64,000 nt of DNA from an uncultured delta proteobacterium (GTDB lineage Bacteria; Desulfobacterota; Desulfomonilia; UBA1062). Where the stretch lies: assembly GCA_963785235.1 (NCBI GenBank), contig CAWAUM010000011.1, positions 160,001 through 224,000 of the forward strand. Reading direction: 5' to 3'. The position numbers were made by a program, and so were the translations under genes. Below, in pieces: positions 54,498 through 64,000 of the stretch. Each line of letters begins with the position of its first letter. Within the stretch, counting starts at the first letter, position 1. A model generated the notes under the pieces. It searched no databases and was not told the DNA's origin. It worked only from the letters and a program-made list of their open reading frames with translations.

Positions 54498-54914
54498 ATG
54501 AAGTCCTTTCGCAAAGAGCTCTGGTTCAATACGGATAAACGAGTAGAGTTCATCAATATTACACCACAAATTAATCAGTGCCTCAAAGAAAGCGGGATCA
54601 GAGAAGGCCTGGTTCTCGTAAATGCCATGCACATAACGGCCAGTATCTTTATCAATGACGATGAAGGCGGGCTTCACCATGACTTCGAGGTATGGCTTGA
54701 AAGACTAGCGCCCCACGGCCCTGTCACCCAGTACCATCACAACGTTGGAGAGGACAACGCGGATGGCCATATGAAGCGGCAGATAATGGGCCGGGAGGTG
54801 GTAGTAGCTATTACCGAAGGTGTGCTCGATTTCGGCCCCTGGGAGCAGATATTCTACGGCGAGTTCGACGGCAGGCGCAGGAAGCGGGTGTTGGTGAAGA
54901 TCATAGGGGAGTAA
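54498..54914 (+). CDS. yjbQ: YjbQ (UPF0047) family protein
   Basis: [27 protein letters not shown]. Confidence 0.9.
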   Translation: MKSFRKELWFNTDKRVEFINITPQINQCLKESGIREGLVLVNAMHITASIFINDDEGGLHHDFEVWLERLAPHGPVTQYHHNVGEDNADGHMKRQIMGREVVVAITEGVLDFGPWEQIFYGEFDGRRRKRVLVKIIGE

Positions 54915-54988
54915 AAGAAGGGTTTAGCTTTTGAGTTCAAAAGAACTACGACGGATCACGGAAACATAAGCCCTGCTTACGGATTTGA

Positions 54989-55183
54989 TCATCCCTTCCA
55001 GTGGATGCATTCCACAGGACATGAGTCGATGGCATCCTGGATAAGGTCTTCAGGACCTCCCTCAGGCTTGATTACCTCGGCAATATTCTTTTCTTCGTTC
55101 AGCCTGAACACCTCCGGGCAGGTATCCTGACATACGCCGCATCCGATGCATTCTTCTTCCACAAGATAGACAACCCTGCTCAT
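54989..55183 (-). CDS. Ferredoxin (single 4Fe-4S)
   Basis: CIGCGVC...CP ... CPVECI; SD CAGGAGG. Confidence 0.92.
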   Translation of the reverse strand: MSRVVYLVEEECIGCGVCQDTCPEVFRLNEEKNIAEVIKPEGGPEDLIQDAIDSCPVECIHWKG

Positions 55184-55207
55184 AAAACCTCCTGAGAGTT
55201 CGAATCG

Positions 55208-55468
55208 TCAGACACTGATTTTTTTCAGTTCATCCATCGGGCACCTGAACGGGAATGTCCCGGTCATGAAGAATCCCGCTATTGCTTCGACGATCAGTCG
55301 ATCATGGAAGGGCTCGTTGAAGCTGCATGTCTGCCCTCTTGCTTTTTTCCTATGCTCATAAACACGGATAAGATGGTCACCCATGATATCGATAACGTCG
55401 AACAATGGGTCCATCGTAGCGGCTTGCGTTGTTTTTGAGACATTGCTTTTATAATTCTTCTTATGCAT
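55208..55468 (-). CDS. Hypothetical protein
   Basis: 86-aa ORF with a strong GAGGAGG SD; no recognisable motif. Confidence 0.5.
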   Translation of the reverse strand: MHKKNYKSNVSKTTQAATMDPLFDVIDIMGDHLIRVYEHRKKARGQTCSFNEPFHDRLIVEAIAGFFMTGTFPFRCPMDELKKISV

Positions 55469-55923
55469 ACGTAGCCTCCTCGCCCATGGGGAATGATAGT
55501 GATATGGGGTTGATATATACAATTCCCGTACCAAGTGCGATAATATGAAATGCCAAATAAAAACAAAAAGATATCAGAACGTAAAAACCGAAGGTCATCA
55601 TAGTATCTCTCATCTCGCAGGATGAGTCTTGTCTGGCAGGACTCATCCAATGAAAAAAGGCTTCTGCATAACTGGGAAAAAAAGTACCCATTCAGAACAC
55701 GTATCTCGCACTAACTCTGTTAATATGTCGGTATAGGACGAGATACTTGTTCTGAACGGCCTGATCCTTGTCTGAATCTCAAAAAGATATTGAAGCTGTG
55801 CGATGGTCTCTCAGAGGGAAGCAGGCTTGTTTGATCCATTGAAGAGGGTGTATGCTAGGAGAGTGATTCCGGGCATCCTTTTCTCATATGCCCGGTTTGA
55901 ATAATGACAACCAGGGGGCATCT

Positions 55924-56709
55924 ATGGACTTTGAAACCATTATTCTCGATCAATCAAACGGCATTTCCACTATCCGGATGAACCGGCCCAAGGAGATGAA
56001 CACCCTGAACTTCGGGCTTACAAAGGACATCCTCAAGGCATTGGAGGTGTGCTGGGACGATGCTGCAACAAAGGTGGTCGTCATCACGGGAAGCGGCAAG
56101 GCCTTCTGCGCGGGTGGTGATGTCGTTGCCTTCAAGGACGCCGCTGACATGGGTGACGCCACTAGGCAGATGACCAAGGACTTTGACCCGCTCATCTCGG
56201 GCATCAGAAGAATACATAAGCCGGTCATCGCCATGATCAACGGGGTTTGCATGGGTGCCGGCCTGTCACTTGCCGCTGCCTGCGACCTGCGCATCTGCGC
56301 GGCATCGTGTGTGTTCCGCCAGGCCTACACATCGGTGGGCCTCACTCCCGATGGTGCCTGGAGCCTGCACGTACCGCTGCTCATCGGGTTCGGACACGCA
56401 AGTGAGCTTATCTTCACAGACCCCATGATAGATGCCAAGAGGGCCTGCGAGATGGGCCTGGTAACCGAGGTGGTGGACGATGCGGAGCTCGAGGCCAGGA
56501 CCATGGAAAAGGCCGGGCGCATGGCCAGGGGGCCGCTAACGGCCTATGCCATTGCCAAGGATAACCTGAACCGGGCCATGCTCGCACTACTGGAGTCTCA
56601 GCTTGAGCAGGAACGCTTAGGCATCATGAAGGCCGGCAGGACTCATGACGCCGGCGAAGGGATTGCTGCCATCCTGGAGAGGCGTAAACCGGAATTCACC
56701 GGGGAATAA
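55924..56709 (+). CDS. Enoyl-CoA hydratase/isomerase family protein
   Basis: GKAFCAGGD, KPVIAMING...GAG.SLA.ACD, GLTPDG. Confidence 0.92.
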   Translation: MDFETIILDQSNGISTIRMNRPKEMNTLNFGLTKDILKALEVCWDDAATKVVVITGSGKAFCAGGDVVAFKDAADMGDATRQMTKDFDPLISGIRRIHKPVIAMINGVCMGAGLSLAAACDLRICAASCVFRQAYTSVGLTPDGAWSLHVPLLIGFGHASELIFTDPMIDAKRACEMGLVTEVVDDAELEARTMEKAGRMARGPLTAYAIAKDNLNRAMLALLESQLEQERLGIMKAGRTHDAGEGIAAILERRKPEFTGE

Positions 56710-56722
56710 TTTCTAAGGACCT

Positions 56723-57472
56723 ATGAGCACGCTCCTGATAATCAATGCCGATGACCTGGGCTTGAGCAGAGAGGTCAATGCCGGGATAGTATGGTGTCTT
56801 GAGCATGGCTTTGTAAGTGATGCATCCCTTTTGGTAAAGGCTGTCTATGCTGAGGAGGCAGTGGCAGGGCTCAAGGCATTAGATATCAGACATGTTGGTA
56901 TACATATTAACCTTGATGAGGTGTTTGGCTGGAGACCGGGCGGCATTGAGCGTATAGCAAGGCCAGTACTTATGGGTATGATGAAAGACCAGGGATTTCT
57001 TCAGGAGTGTGCACATGAGGCCAGGGATCAGATAGAGACCTTCTTCTCTCTTGGCCTTATACCCACACACATGGATACCCACCATCATGTGCACGGGTTC
57101 TTTCCCATCTTCCAGATACTTGTCGATCTCTTGCGGGAATACGGTATTCCGGCGCTGAGGTTCAGCAGGCACGGATACCTCCTTCCCACGCGCAAAAATA
57201 TTCCCTATGATAATGAAATCTTTGCACATATGGAAGATATACTCAGACGCAAGGGCATAGTGTATTGCCCACACTTTTTGGAAGGCGCCATGAGAGTCCA
57301 TGATGCCATTTTGGGGGCAACAGAGCTTGTGGTACACCCTTCCCTTGGTGGAGATCCATGGAGAGCGGAAGAGTTGGAGATCCTTCAATCAAAGGCAAAG
57401 GCCGACAACCTGGGGCATAGTCGTATAAAACCGGTCAGCTTCAGGGATCTTATTCAAGAAAAGGACACCTGA
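56723..57472 (+). CDS. ChbG/YdjC family deacetylase
   Basis: INADDLG, GIHINL, PTHMDTHHHVH, ELVVHP. Confidence 0.9.
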   Translation: MSTLLIINADDLGLSREVNAGIVWCLEHGFVSDASLLVKAVYAEEAVAGLKALDIRHVGIHINLDEVFGWRPGGIERIARPVLMGMMKDQGFLQECAHEARDQIETFFSLGLIPTHMDTHHHVHGFFPIFQILVDLLREYGIPALRFSRHGYLLPTRKNIPYDNEIFAHMEDILRRKGIVYCPHFLEGAMRVHDAILGATELVVHPSLGGDPWRAEELEILQSKAKADNLGHSRIKPVSFRDLIQEKDT

Positions 57473-57479
57473 TTCATGA

Positions 57480-57743
57480 TTATGTTTTTTTGTCCAGTTC
57501 CCTGTTCCGTAAGGTTATACTCATATCTGCCAGTACCATGAGGCCGTTTACGGCATAAAGCGTTACCACCCAGTCAAGGTTGTAGAATACCTTGTGGAGA
57601 ATGCCAGCCATGTAACCCACAAAAACGATAATGAGGAATGCCATGCTTTTGCCCTTGGCGGTCCTGGATGAGATGGACTTATAGATGGATGCCGGCCAGG
57701 CTGACCCGAAACAGATAAGCATGGTTATCTCGAATATGCTCAT
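57480..57743 (-). CDS. Small 3-TM PQ-loop/SemiSWEET-like membrane protein
   Basis: FEITMLICFGSAWP.SI.KS...RTAKGKS..F; SD AAGGAGG. Confidence 0.75.
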   Translation of the reverse strand: MSIFEITMLICFGSAWPASIYKSISSRTAKGKSMAFLIIVFVGYMAGILHKVFYNLDWVVTLYAVNGLMVLADMSITLRNRELDKKT

Positions 57744-57888
57744 GCAAGATTTCCCTCCTTTATCGCTGCCTGTTTAGCGTCTAAGGATAGGTAACATGGA
57801 TAACGCTGAGATGACAGACTAAGCACGATCGTTCAAATATTTTATTCCGGATTTCTTGCACTATGATGAACGGTGAGGCACTTCATGA

Positions 57889-57928
57889 ATAAAGGCCAGA
57901 GGGCTATAAGAAACCCTCCGGCCTTTAT
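57889..57928 (-). terminator. Hairpin downstream of pilC
   Basis: ataaaggccagaggg...ccctccggcctttat. Confidence 0.6.
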
Positions 57929-57949
57929 ATTTATCCATGAGGAAATGAC

Positions 57950-59143
57950 TTACATAGCCGATGCCATTTTGAAGATGGGCAGATACATGGCCACCACGAC
58001 AAAGCCGATGATGCCGCCCAGGAAGACCATGAGCATGGGCTCCAATGCAGAGGTCAGGGCCTCTACCGCCGTATCCACCTCTTCATCATAAAAATCTGCT
58101 ATCTTTCCCAGCATCTGATCCATAGCGCCTGTTGCCTCGCCTACGGCAATCATCTGCACTACCATGCCCGGGAAGAGGCCTGTCTGCTCCAGGGGGTCGG
58201 ACATGGTCCTTCCTTCGCTGATGGCCGTTCTCACAGTCCTTATGGCGTTTTCAATAATCATATTGCCGGCCGTTTTTGATGTTATCTCAAGGCCGTCCAT
58301 GATGGGAACACCCGATGAGATCATGGTGCCCAGGGTTCGGGTGAACTTTGCCACAGCTACTTTCCTTATGAGCGACCCGAATACCGGGAGCCTTAACATC
58401 ATCTTGTCGGTGTAGAAACGTCCCTTCTCCTGAGTCCTCACCCATTTGAACCCAACGATAAATGCGATGATGAAGCCGATCATAGCCCACCAGAAATTCC
58501 GGAAGAAGGCGCTTAAGTTCACTATGAACTGGGTGGGGGCAGGCAATGAGGAGCCGAACTGTTTGAACATATCACTGAAGGTAGGGATAACGAAGATCAT
58601 GAGGACCGCCACCACACCAAAGGCAACACACAACACTATGATGGGGTATGTCATGGCGCCCTTGACCTTGTTCTTCAGGGCTTCATTCTTCTCCATGTAC
58701 ACGGCAAGGCGGTTCAGTACCGTATCGAGCACACCGCCCACTTCACCTGCTGCGACGAGGTTTACATAGAGGCTGTCAAAGACTTTCGGGTGTTTGCTCA
58801 GGGCATCTGCAAAGGTGCTCCCTCCTTCAACATCCCCTTTAATTTGTGATGTCACTTTCTTGAAACTCGGATTGGGTTGCTGGGATGATAATATGTCAAG
58901 GCACTGGACGAGCGGCAACCCGGCATTGATCATGGTGGAGAACTGCCTGGTGAAAATGACAATTTCCCTTGTCTTGATCTTCTGCTCGAAGAGGCTGATA
59001 TTCTTGGGCTTAGCTTTCAGTTTTGTAGGGACGATCCTCTGTCGCTTGAGGATCAAGGCGGCAGCGGCCTTATCGGTAGCCTCGATTTCGCCCTTCTTGA
59101 TACTACCGTTGGCGAGCTTGCCTTCCCAGACGAATACTGACAT
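57950..59143 (-). CDS. pilC: Type IV pilus platform protein PilC
   Basis: FTRQFSTMINAGLPL, AGEVGGVL, AMTYP, GEATG, MYLPIF. Confidence 0.96.
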   Translation of the reverse strand: MSVFVWEGKLANGSIKKGEIEATDKAAAALILKRQRIVPTKLKAKPKNISLFEQKIKTREIVIFTRQFSTMINAGLPLVQCLDILSSQQPNPSFKKVTSQIKGDVEGGSTFADALSKHPKVFDSLYVNLVAAGEVGGVLDTVLNRLAVYMEKNEALKNKVKGAMTYPIIVLCVAFGVVAVLMIFVIPTFSDMFKQFGSSLPAPTQFIVNLSAFFRNFWWAMIGFIIAFIVGFKWVRTQEKGRFYTDKMMLRLPVFGSLIRKVAVAKFTRTLGTMISSGVPIMDGLEITSKTAGNMIIENAIRTVRTAISEGRTMSDPLEQTGLFPGMVVQMIAVGEATGAMDQMLGKIADFYDEEVDTAVEALTSALEPMLMVFLGGIIGFVVVAMYLPIFKMASAM

Positions 59144-59146
59144 GGG

Positions 59147-60250
59147 TTACCTCCTATCCGTTCCGGATACGTTCCTGTGCTGTGCAGGTGAAGCTATCAT
59201 CTGCCGTAGCTCCTCAGGGTCCATGGACCTTCCCAGGGCATCATCCAAGGATATAAGTTTACGCATATAGAGATTCAGAAGAGTCTGGTTCATGGTCTGC
59301 ATGCCGTGCTTTGTCTGCCCTACCTGCATCTGGGAGTAGATCTGGTGCATCTTGTCTTCCCTGATGAGGTTCCGTATGGCAGGTGTCATCATCATCACCT
59401 CGGCGCCGAGCACCCTGCCTTTTCCATCCAGCCTGGGGATGAGCTGTTGGGAGATAACCGCCTCAAGTACAAAGGCCATCTGGGCGCGAACCTGCGACTG
59501 CTGGTGAGACGGGAACGCATCTACGACGCGGTTAACTGTCTGGACTGCTGAGTTTGTGTGCAAGGTGGCGAACACGAGGTGGCCTGTCTCGGAGATCGTG
59601 AGTGCTGCCTGCATGGTCTCCAGGTCTCTCATCTCTCCGATGAATACAACGTCAGGGTCCTGCCTGAGGATGTATTTAAGGGCAGTCACAAAGCTCTTGG
59701 TATCAGCGCCGATTTCACGCTGGTTAACCAGGCAGCCTTTGTGTTTGTGAACGAACTCTATGGGGTCTTCAATGGTTACGATATGATCATGACGCTCAGT
59801 ATTGATCTTGTCTAAGAATGCGGCCAATGTCGTGGATTTTCCGCATCCAGTCGGCCCTGTCACCAGGATCAGGCCCCGGGGAAGCGAGGTGAGTTTCTGC
59901 ACAACCGGCGGTAAGCCCAATGATTCGAGTGCCAGGATCTCATAGGGGATCATCCTGAATACGCCTGCCAGGGCACCCCTCTGGATAAAGATATTGGCCC
60001 TGAATCGTGCAACACTCTTGATGCCGAAGGAGAGGTCCAGCTCCTGTTCCTCTTCGAACTTATGCTTCTGAGCCTCGGTGAGAATGGAATAGAGCAGTTC
60101 GCGGGTTGACTTGGGGTCCATTACCGGTACATCCAGGGGATAGAGCTGTCCCCTGACCCGGATCTGGGGGGGTGATCCCGTAGTGATATGCAAGTCTGAA
60201 GCGCCTTTTTCAACCATGGATTTGAGCAAGTCATAAATAGAATGTTCCAA
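59147..60250 (-). CDS. pilT: Type IV pilus retraction ATPase PilT
   Basis: ASDLH, GPTGCGKSTT, LRQDPD, ETGHLV, AIRNLIRE. Confidence 0.96.
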   Translation of the reverse strand: MEHSIYDLLKSMVEKGASDLHITTGSPPQIRVRGQLYPLDVPVMDPKSTRELLYSILTEAQKHKFEEEQELDLSFGIKSVARFRANIFIQRGALAGVFRMIPYEILALESLGLPPVVQKLTSLPRGLILVTGPTGCGKSTTLAAFLDKINTERHDHIVTIEDPIEFVHKHKGCLVNQREIGADTKSFVTALKYILRQDPDVVFIGEMRDLETMQAALTISETGHLVFATLHTNSAVQTVNRVVDAFPSHQQSQVRAQMAFVLEAVISQQLIPRLDGKGRVLGAEVMMMTPAIRNLIREDKMHQIYSQMQVGQTKHGMQTMNQTLLNLYMRKLISLDDALGRSMDPEELRQMIASPAQHRNVSGTDRR

Positions 60251-60263
60251 TGAATCCTCCTGA

Positions 60264-61973
60264 TTAATCGGCCATTGTTGTTCTTAAGATCTCTGCCACT
60301 GAGATAGACCCATCAAGGACTTTTGAAAGGCCGCTTTGCCTCAGTGTCTTCATACCCTGGGAGATGGCCTGGTTCTTAATTTCGGATCCGGATGCACCCA
60401 TGAGGACAAGCTCCCGTATGGCCTCTCCTACGGGCATAACTTCATACAGCGCTATCCTTCCCTTGTAGCCTGTGTTTCCGCATGAAGGGCAGCCCCTTCC
60501 TATCATACACTCGGCACTGTTCGCAGTTTCACGGTCCAGGCCCATCTGGATAAGTGTTTCATGGGAGGTTTCTTCATCCCTTGTTTTGCATTGGGTGCAA
60601 ATCTTGCGTGCAAGTCTCTGTGCCACGATCAGGTTGACGGAAGATGCCACCAGGAAAGGTTCTATACCCATGTTGAGCAGCCTGTTTATCGTTGAAGGGG
60701 CATCATTGGTATGGAGCGTTGAGAGTACGAGATGTCCTGTCAAAGCAGCCTTGATGCCTATCTCTGCGGTTTCGAAATCCCGGATTTCTCCTACGAGGAT
60801 GATGTCCGGGTCCTGCCGGAGGAAGGATCTAAGGGCAGTGGCGAAGGTCAGGCCGATTTCCTCATGCATCTGGACCTGATTCACCCCGGGCAGATTGTAT
60901 TCTACCGGGTCTTCGGCAGTGGATATGTTGCAGTCGATTTTATTGAGCTCTGAAAGCGCTGAATACAATGTTGTTGTCTTACCGGAACCTGTGGGGCCGG
61001 TTACAAGGACCATACCCCATGGCTTGTAGATGGCCTCTTTGAAACGTACAAGGGCCTCTTCTTCAAAACCGAGCTTGGCCATGTCAAGCTGGAGGTTCGA
61101 TTTGTCAAGGATTCTCAATACGACCTTTTCGCCGTAAAGGGTGGGCAGCACCGAAACCCGGAATTCCACCTCCTTGCCGCCTTGTATCTTAAGTTTGATT
61201 CTGCCGTCCTGGGGCAGTCTCCTTTCGGCGATATCAAGCTTTGCCATGATCTTCAGTCTCGAGACCAGCGCGTTTTTCATTCGGATCGGTGGTTTCATGG
61301 CCTCATGGAGCATGCCGTCCAGCCTGAATCTTATCCTTAAGAATTTTTCATAGGGTTCGATATGAATATCGCTCGCCCCTTTTTTAATTGCATCCACAAG
61401 GGTCAGGTTTACCAGTTTGATGACAGGGGCCTGGTCTGCTTCCCTTTCCAGGTCTCCTACCGCGAGGTCGTCACCCTCGGAAGCGATTTCGACTGCCCCC
61501 CCACCATACTCCTCCATGCTGTTAAGGGCATCATCAAGAGATGCGCTCTGGTCATAGAAATGATCTATAGCCCATTTGAGCGAATCCTCCGAGGTTACAA
61601 AAACTTCAATGGAATAACCTGTCAGGAACTTGAGGTCATCAACTGCGAAAATATTAGCAGGATCGGTCATGGCCACCTTCAGGGTGGCACCGTTTCGATC
61701 AAAGGGGATGGCATGGTATTTCTGGACAACATTTATAGGGATGAGCTTTACAATTTCAGGGTCAGGACTCAGGTTCTTAAGGATAACCGCCGGCAGCCGA
61801 TATTGTTTGCCGAGAAAATCTACCAGCTGCTCCTCGCTGAGGTGTCCGAGTTTGACAAGCTGGGATCCCAGCCGGACTCCCGAGATTTTCTGTGCCTTCT
61901 GTGCCTCAAGGAGTTGGTCGCTTGTAATAAGAGCATTTTTTACTAACTGCTCGCCAATACGCTCATTTGCCAT
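60264..61973 (-). CDS. pilB: Type IV pilus assembly ATPase PilB with N-terminal MshEN-type motifs
   Basis: ASDIHIEP, GPTGSGKTTT, LRQDPD, tetra-Cys; RIGEQLV.../RLGSQLV..G. Confidence 0.96.
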   Translation of the reverse strand: MANERIGEQLVKNALITSDQLLEAQKAQKISGVRLGSQLVKLGHLSEEQLVDFLGKQYRLPAVILKNLSPDPEIVKLIPINVVQKYHAIPFDRNGATLKVAMTDPANIFAVDDLKFLTGYSIEVFVTSEDSLKWAIDHFYDQSASLDDALNSMEEYGGGAVEIASEGDDLAVGDLEREADQAPVIKLVNLTLVDAIKKGASDIHIEPYEKFLRIRFRLDGMLHEAMKPPIRMKNALVSRLKIMAKLDIAERRLPQDGRIKLKIQGGKEVEFRVSVLPTLYGEKVVLRILDKSNLQLDMAKLGFEEEALVRFKEAIYKPWGMVLVTGPTGSGKTTTLYSALSELNKIDCNISTAEDPVEYNLPGVNQVQMHEEIGLTFATALRSFLRQDPDIILVGEIRDFETAEIGIKAALTGHLVLSTLHTNDAPSTINRLLNMGIEPFLVASSVNLIVAQRLARKICTQCKTRDEETSHETLIQMGLDRETANSAECMIGRGCPSCGNTGYKGRIALYEVMPVGEAIRELVLMGASGSEIKNQAISQGMKTLRQSGLSKVLDGSISVAEILRTTMAD

Positions 61974-62139
61974 AAATCACCTTCCTAATGACTATCGGCA
62001 ATTGGAGAGGCTGACTTTAACAAGGTAAAATCAGCATTCAAAGGTGTAATCTTTCTCGTCAGAATAAAGTTTAATTATCCTAACACCATGAGCCAAAAAA
62101 CCAGGGTATAATGATAATAATTAAGGCGTTATGCTATCT

Positions 62140-62472
62140 TCAGGCGTCTTTTTTTTCCTTTTTTGCCCGGATCTGGTTAATGGAGATGACTTTAGCATCT
62201 TGGATGCCGGTCTTTCTAAGGGTCTGTGATTTCTGATGCCCTGATCTTTCAAGAGATAAGATTTGAATGGGTATGTCTTTCATGGTAAATGATGATCCCT
62301 CGAGGTATTCTCTCTTGAGTATCCATGATATCTCTTGGGGTGGGAAACTCAGGAATAGGAGTTTAACCTGATACCACTTGGGTTTTATATCAGCCTCTAT
62401 AGCCTCTATCCTTGCATATACAGAAGGTTTATTATCAATATGGATGATGACAACATCACCGATGGAATTCAT
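62140..62472 (-). CDS. Conserved hypothetical protein
   Basis: 110-aa ORF; GDVVIIH...YARIE.I.ADIKPKWYQV...WIL..EY..G..FTM looks protein-like; function not recognised. Confidence 0.7.
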   Translation of the reverse strand: MNSIGDVVIIHIDNKPSVYARIEAIEADIKPKWYQVKLLFLSFPPQEISWILKREYLEGSSFTMKDIPIQILSLERSGHQKSQTLRKTGIQDAKVISINQIRAKKEKKDA

Positions 62473-62648
62473 GGCGTCTGTCTATCACAAAGGGTGGAAC
62501 GATATCTACTTTAGATATGGTGATAATGGAGCTTTGTTCAATCGGAAATCAGGTATAATATGAACAGGTGGGAGAATTGATGGCTCTGAAGGCTTGATAA
62601 ATCCTTTTATTTATTTTTTTATACCGGAAAGTCGATGGTGGATAAGAG

Positions 62649-63617
62649 ATGGCTGAAGAGATCCTATTCGTTGATGACGAAGAATATATTCTTGATATTG
62701 CTCAGCAGATATTTGCTGAACGGGATATAACCATCCTTACTGCCCTGGGCGCCGATGAAGCCCTTGATATAATCAGTAAGCATGAGATAGCCGTGCTTGT
62801 CTCTGATAACCACATGCCCGGCATGAAGGGTATCGATCTCCTCTCCAGGGTTAAGGTCCTTTCTCCTGATACGGTGAAGATTCTCATGACAGGATTTGCC
62901 GACCTGGAGACGGCATTAGATGCCATCAACAGGGTGGAGGTTTTCCGGTTTATCGTCAAACCATGGGAGAATACCCAGCTTGTAGGTATTGTAGAAGATG
63001 CCCTGGAGCGTTATCGTCTCGTCAAGTCCATCCTCAGAGGGGATGAAAACATGATGCGTTCCCTGGTCCATGCCCTTGAGCTTAAAGACCCCTATACCAG
63101 GGGGCACTCGGAGCGGGTAGCCGGTTATGCACTCATGATTGCAGAGCGCCTTGGTCTGCCGGAAGAGGTATTGACCTCGTTGAGCTACGGCAGCTGGCTG
63201 CATGATTGCGGAAAGATAGGAGTCTCTGAGAACATTCTCAATAACGAAGGACCCCTGGATGAGGCGGAAATCCATATTATCAGGAACCACCCCCTGTGGG
63301 GGGCGGATATGGCCAGGAAAGGTCATCTGACCCGTACCATTGTGGATGTCATTCTTTCCCATCATGAGCGTTACGATGGAAAGGGATATCCGTCAGGTCT
63401 GGCAGGTGAAGAGATCATTCTTGAGTCACGAATCGTCAGCGTGGCGGATATCTATGATGCATTGACCACTGAGCGTCCCTACCGTATGGCCTATACCCGC
63501 GAAAGGGCATTGGAGATGCTGATTTCCATGAAGGGTAATGTTCTTGACCCGGAATTGGTGGACTGCTTTGTTTCCATCATGCAAGGGGATGGAAGCCAGG
63601 GCGAAAGCCTCAATTAG
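62649..63617 (+). CDS. Response regulator with intact HD-GYP phosphodiesterase domain
   Basis: REC (VDDE, SDNHMP), YTRGHSERV, LHDCGK, HHERYDGKGYP. Confidence 0.93.
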   Translation: MAEEILFVDDEEYILDIAQQIFAERDITILTALGADEALDIISKHEIAVLVSDNHMPGMKGIDLLSRVKVLSPDTVKILMTGFADLETALDAINRVEVFRFIVKPWENTQLVGIVEDALERYRLVKSILRGDENMMRSLVHALELKDPYTRGHSERVAGYALMIAERLGLPEEVLTSLSYGSWLHDCGKIGVSENILNNEGPLDEAEIHIIRNHPLWGADMARKGHLTRTIVDVILSHHERYDGKGYPSGLAGEEIILESRIVSVADIYDALTTERPYRMAYTRERALEMLISMKGNVLDPELVDCFVSIMQGDGSQGESLN

Positions 63618-63721
63618 GGGTTTCCAAAAAGGATTGCCGGTATGGATTGAATGTTAAGACCTGTGAACGACTACTATAAAATTGTTAATGACCCCCGGGG
63701 TGATAGTATCCCGGGGGTCTT

Positions 63722-63799
<78 letters not shown>

Positions 63800-63805
63800 A
63801 TACAA

Positions 63806-63878
63806 TGAGCCAGGAGGGACTCGAACCCTCGACCACCGGATTAAAAGTCCGATGCTCTACCGACTGAGCTACTGGCTC
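63806..63878 (-). tRNA. tRNA-Lys (TTT)
   Basis: GAGCCAGTAGCTCAG...tcgga-ctTTTaa-tccgg...GGTTCGAGTCC; CCA not encoded. Confidence 0.95.
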
Positions 63879-64000
63879 AGTTCGAACCCCCCTATGTCAT
63901 GGATGGGGGAAAATATCAAGGATAAAAAGCCTTCGATTGATGCAGGGAAGCCTTTGTATTGTAAGGCATCATGATCCGTGAATAGAGCAATTACCTTTGA

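Overview
A 64 kb bacterial chromosomal segment. Gene content suggests an anaerobic diderm deltaproteobacterium (Desulfobacterota-like), which is an inference. Housekeeping blocks: murJ end, coaBC-udg-nfeD-recJ, peptide ABC ATPases, yejM-like, clpB, kdsA-kdsC-lptCAB-rpoN-hpf, pilB-pilT-pilC, tRNA-Lys and tRNA-Glu. These flank an accessory region (~27.7-55 kb) rich in sulfur, redox and envelope genes. Features the ORF track misses: (1) three in-frame UGA codons followed by SECIS-like hairpins, in a C-GCAxxG-C-C protein, an AhpD-like CxxU protein and a 51-aa membrane mini-protein after trxA; (2) two near-identical CATTGAT-N4-ATCAATG boxes linking a Crp/Fnr regulator to an RND pump and to a trxA/FadL/SQR/TusE/DsrE unit; (3) an ECF sigma / CBM48-like anti-sigma module with three identically spaced TGTAACC-N15-CGTT promoters, one driving a secreted peptide with four DRxxDKSCLSY-type repeats; (4) an MglA GTPase with Ser at P-loop position 21 and no adjacent MglB, in a TPR/DUF4388 operon; (5) a sigma-54 promoter ahead of an unannotated 46-aa ORF and a degenerate GGDEF/HD-GYP protein. 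At least 16 frameshifts and two apparent deletions are present; many frameshifts are probably assembly indels. All family calls come from motif recognition by eye, with no database search.
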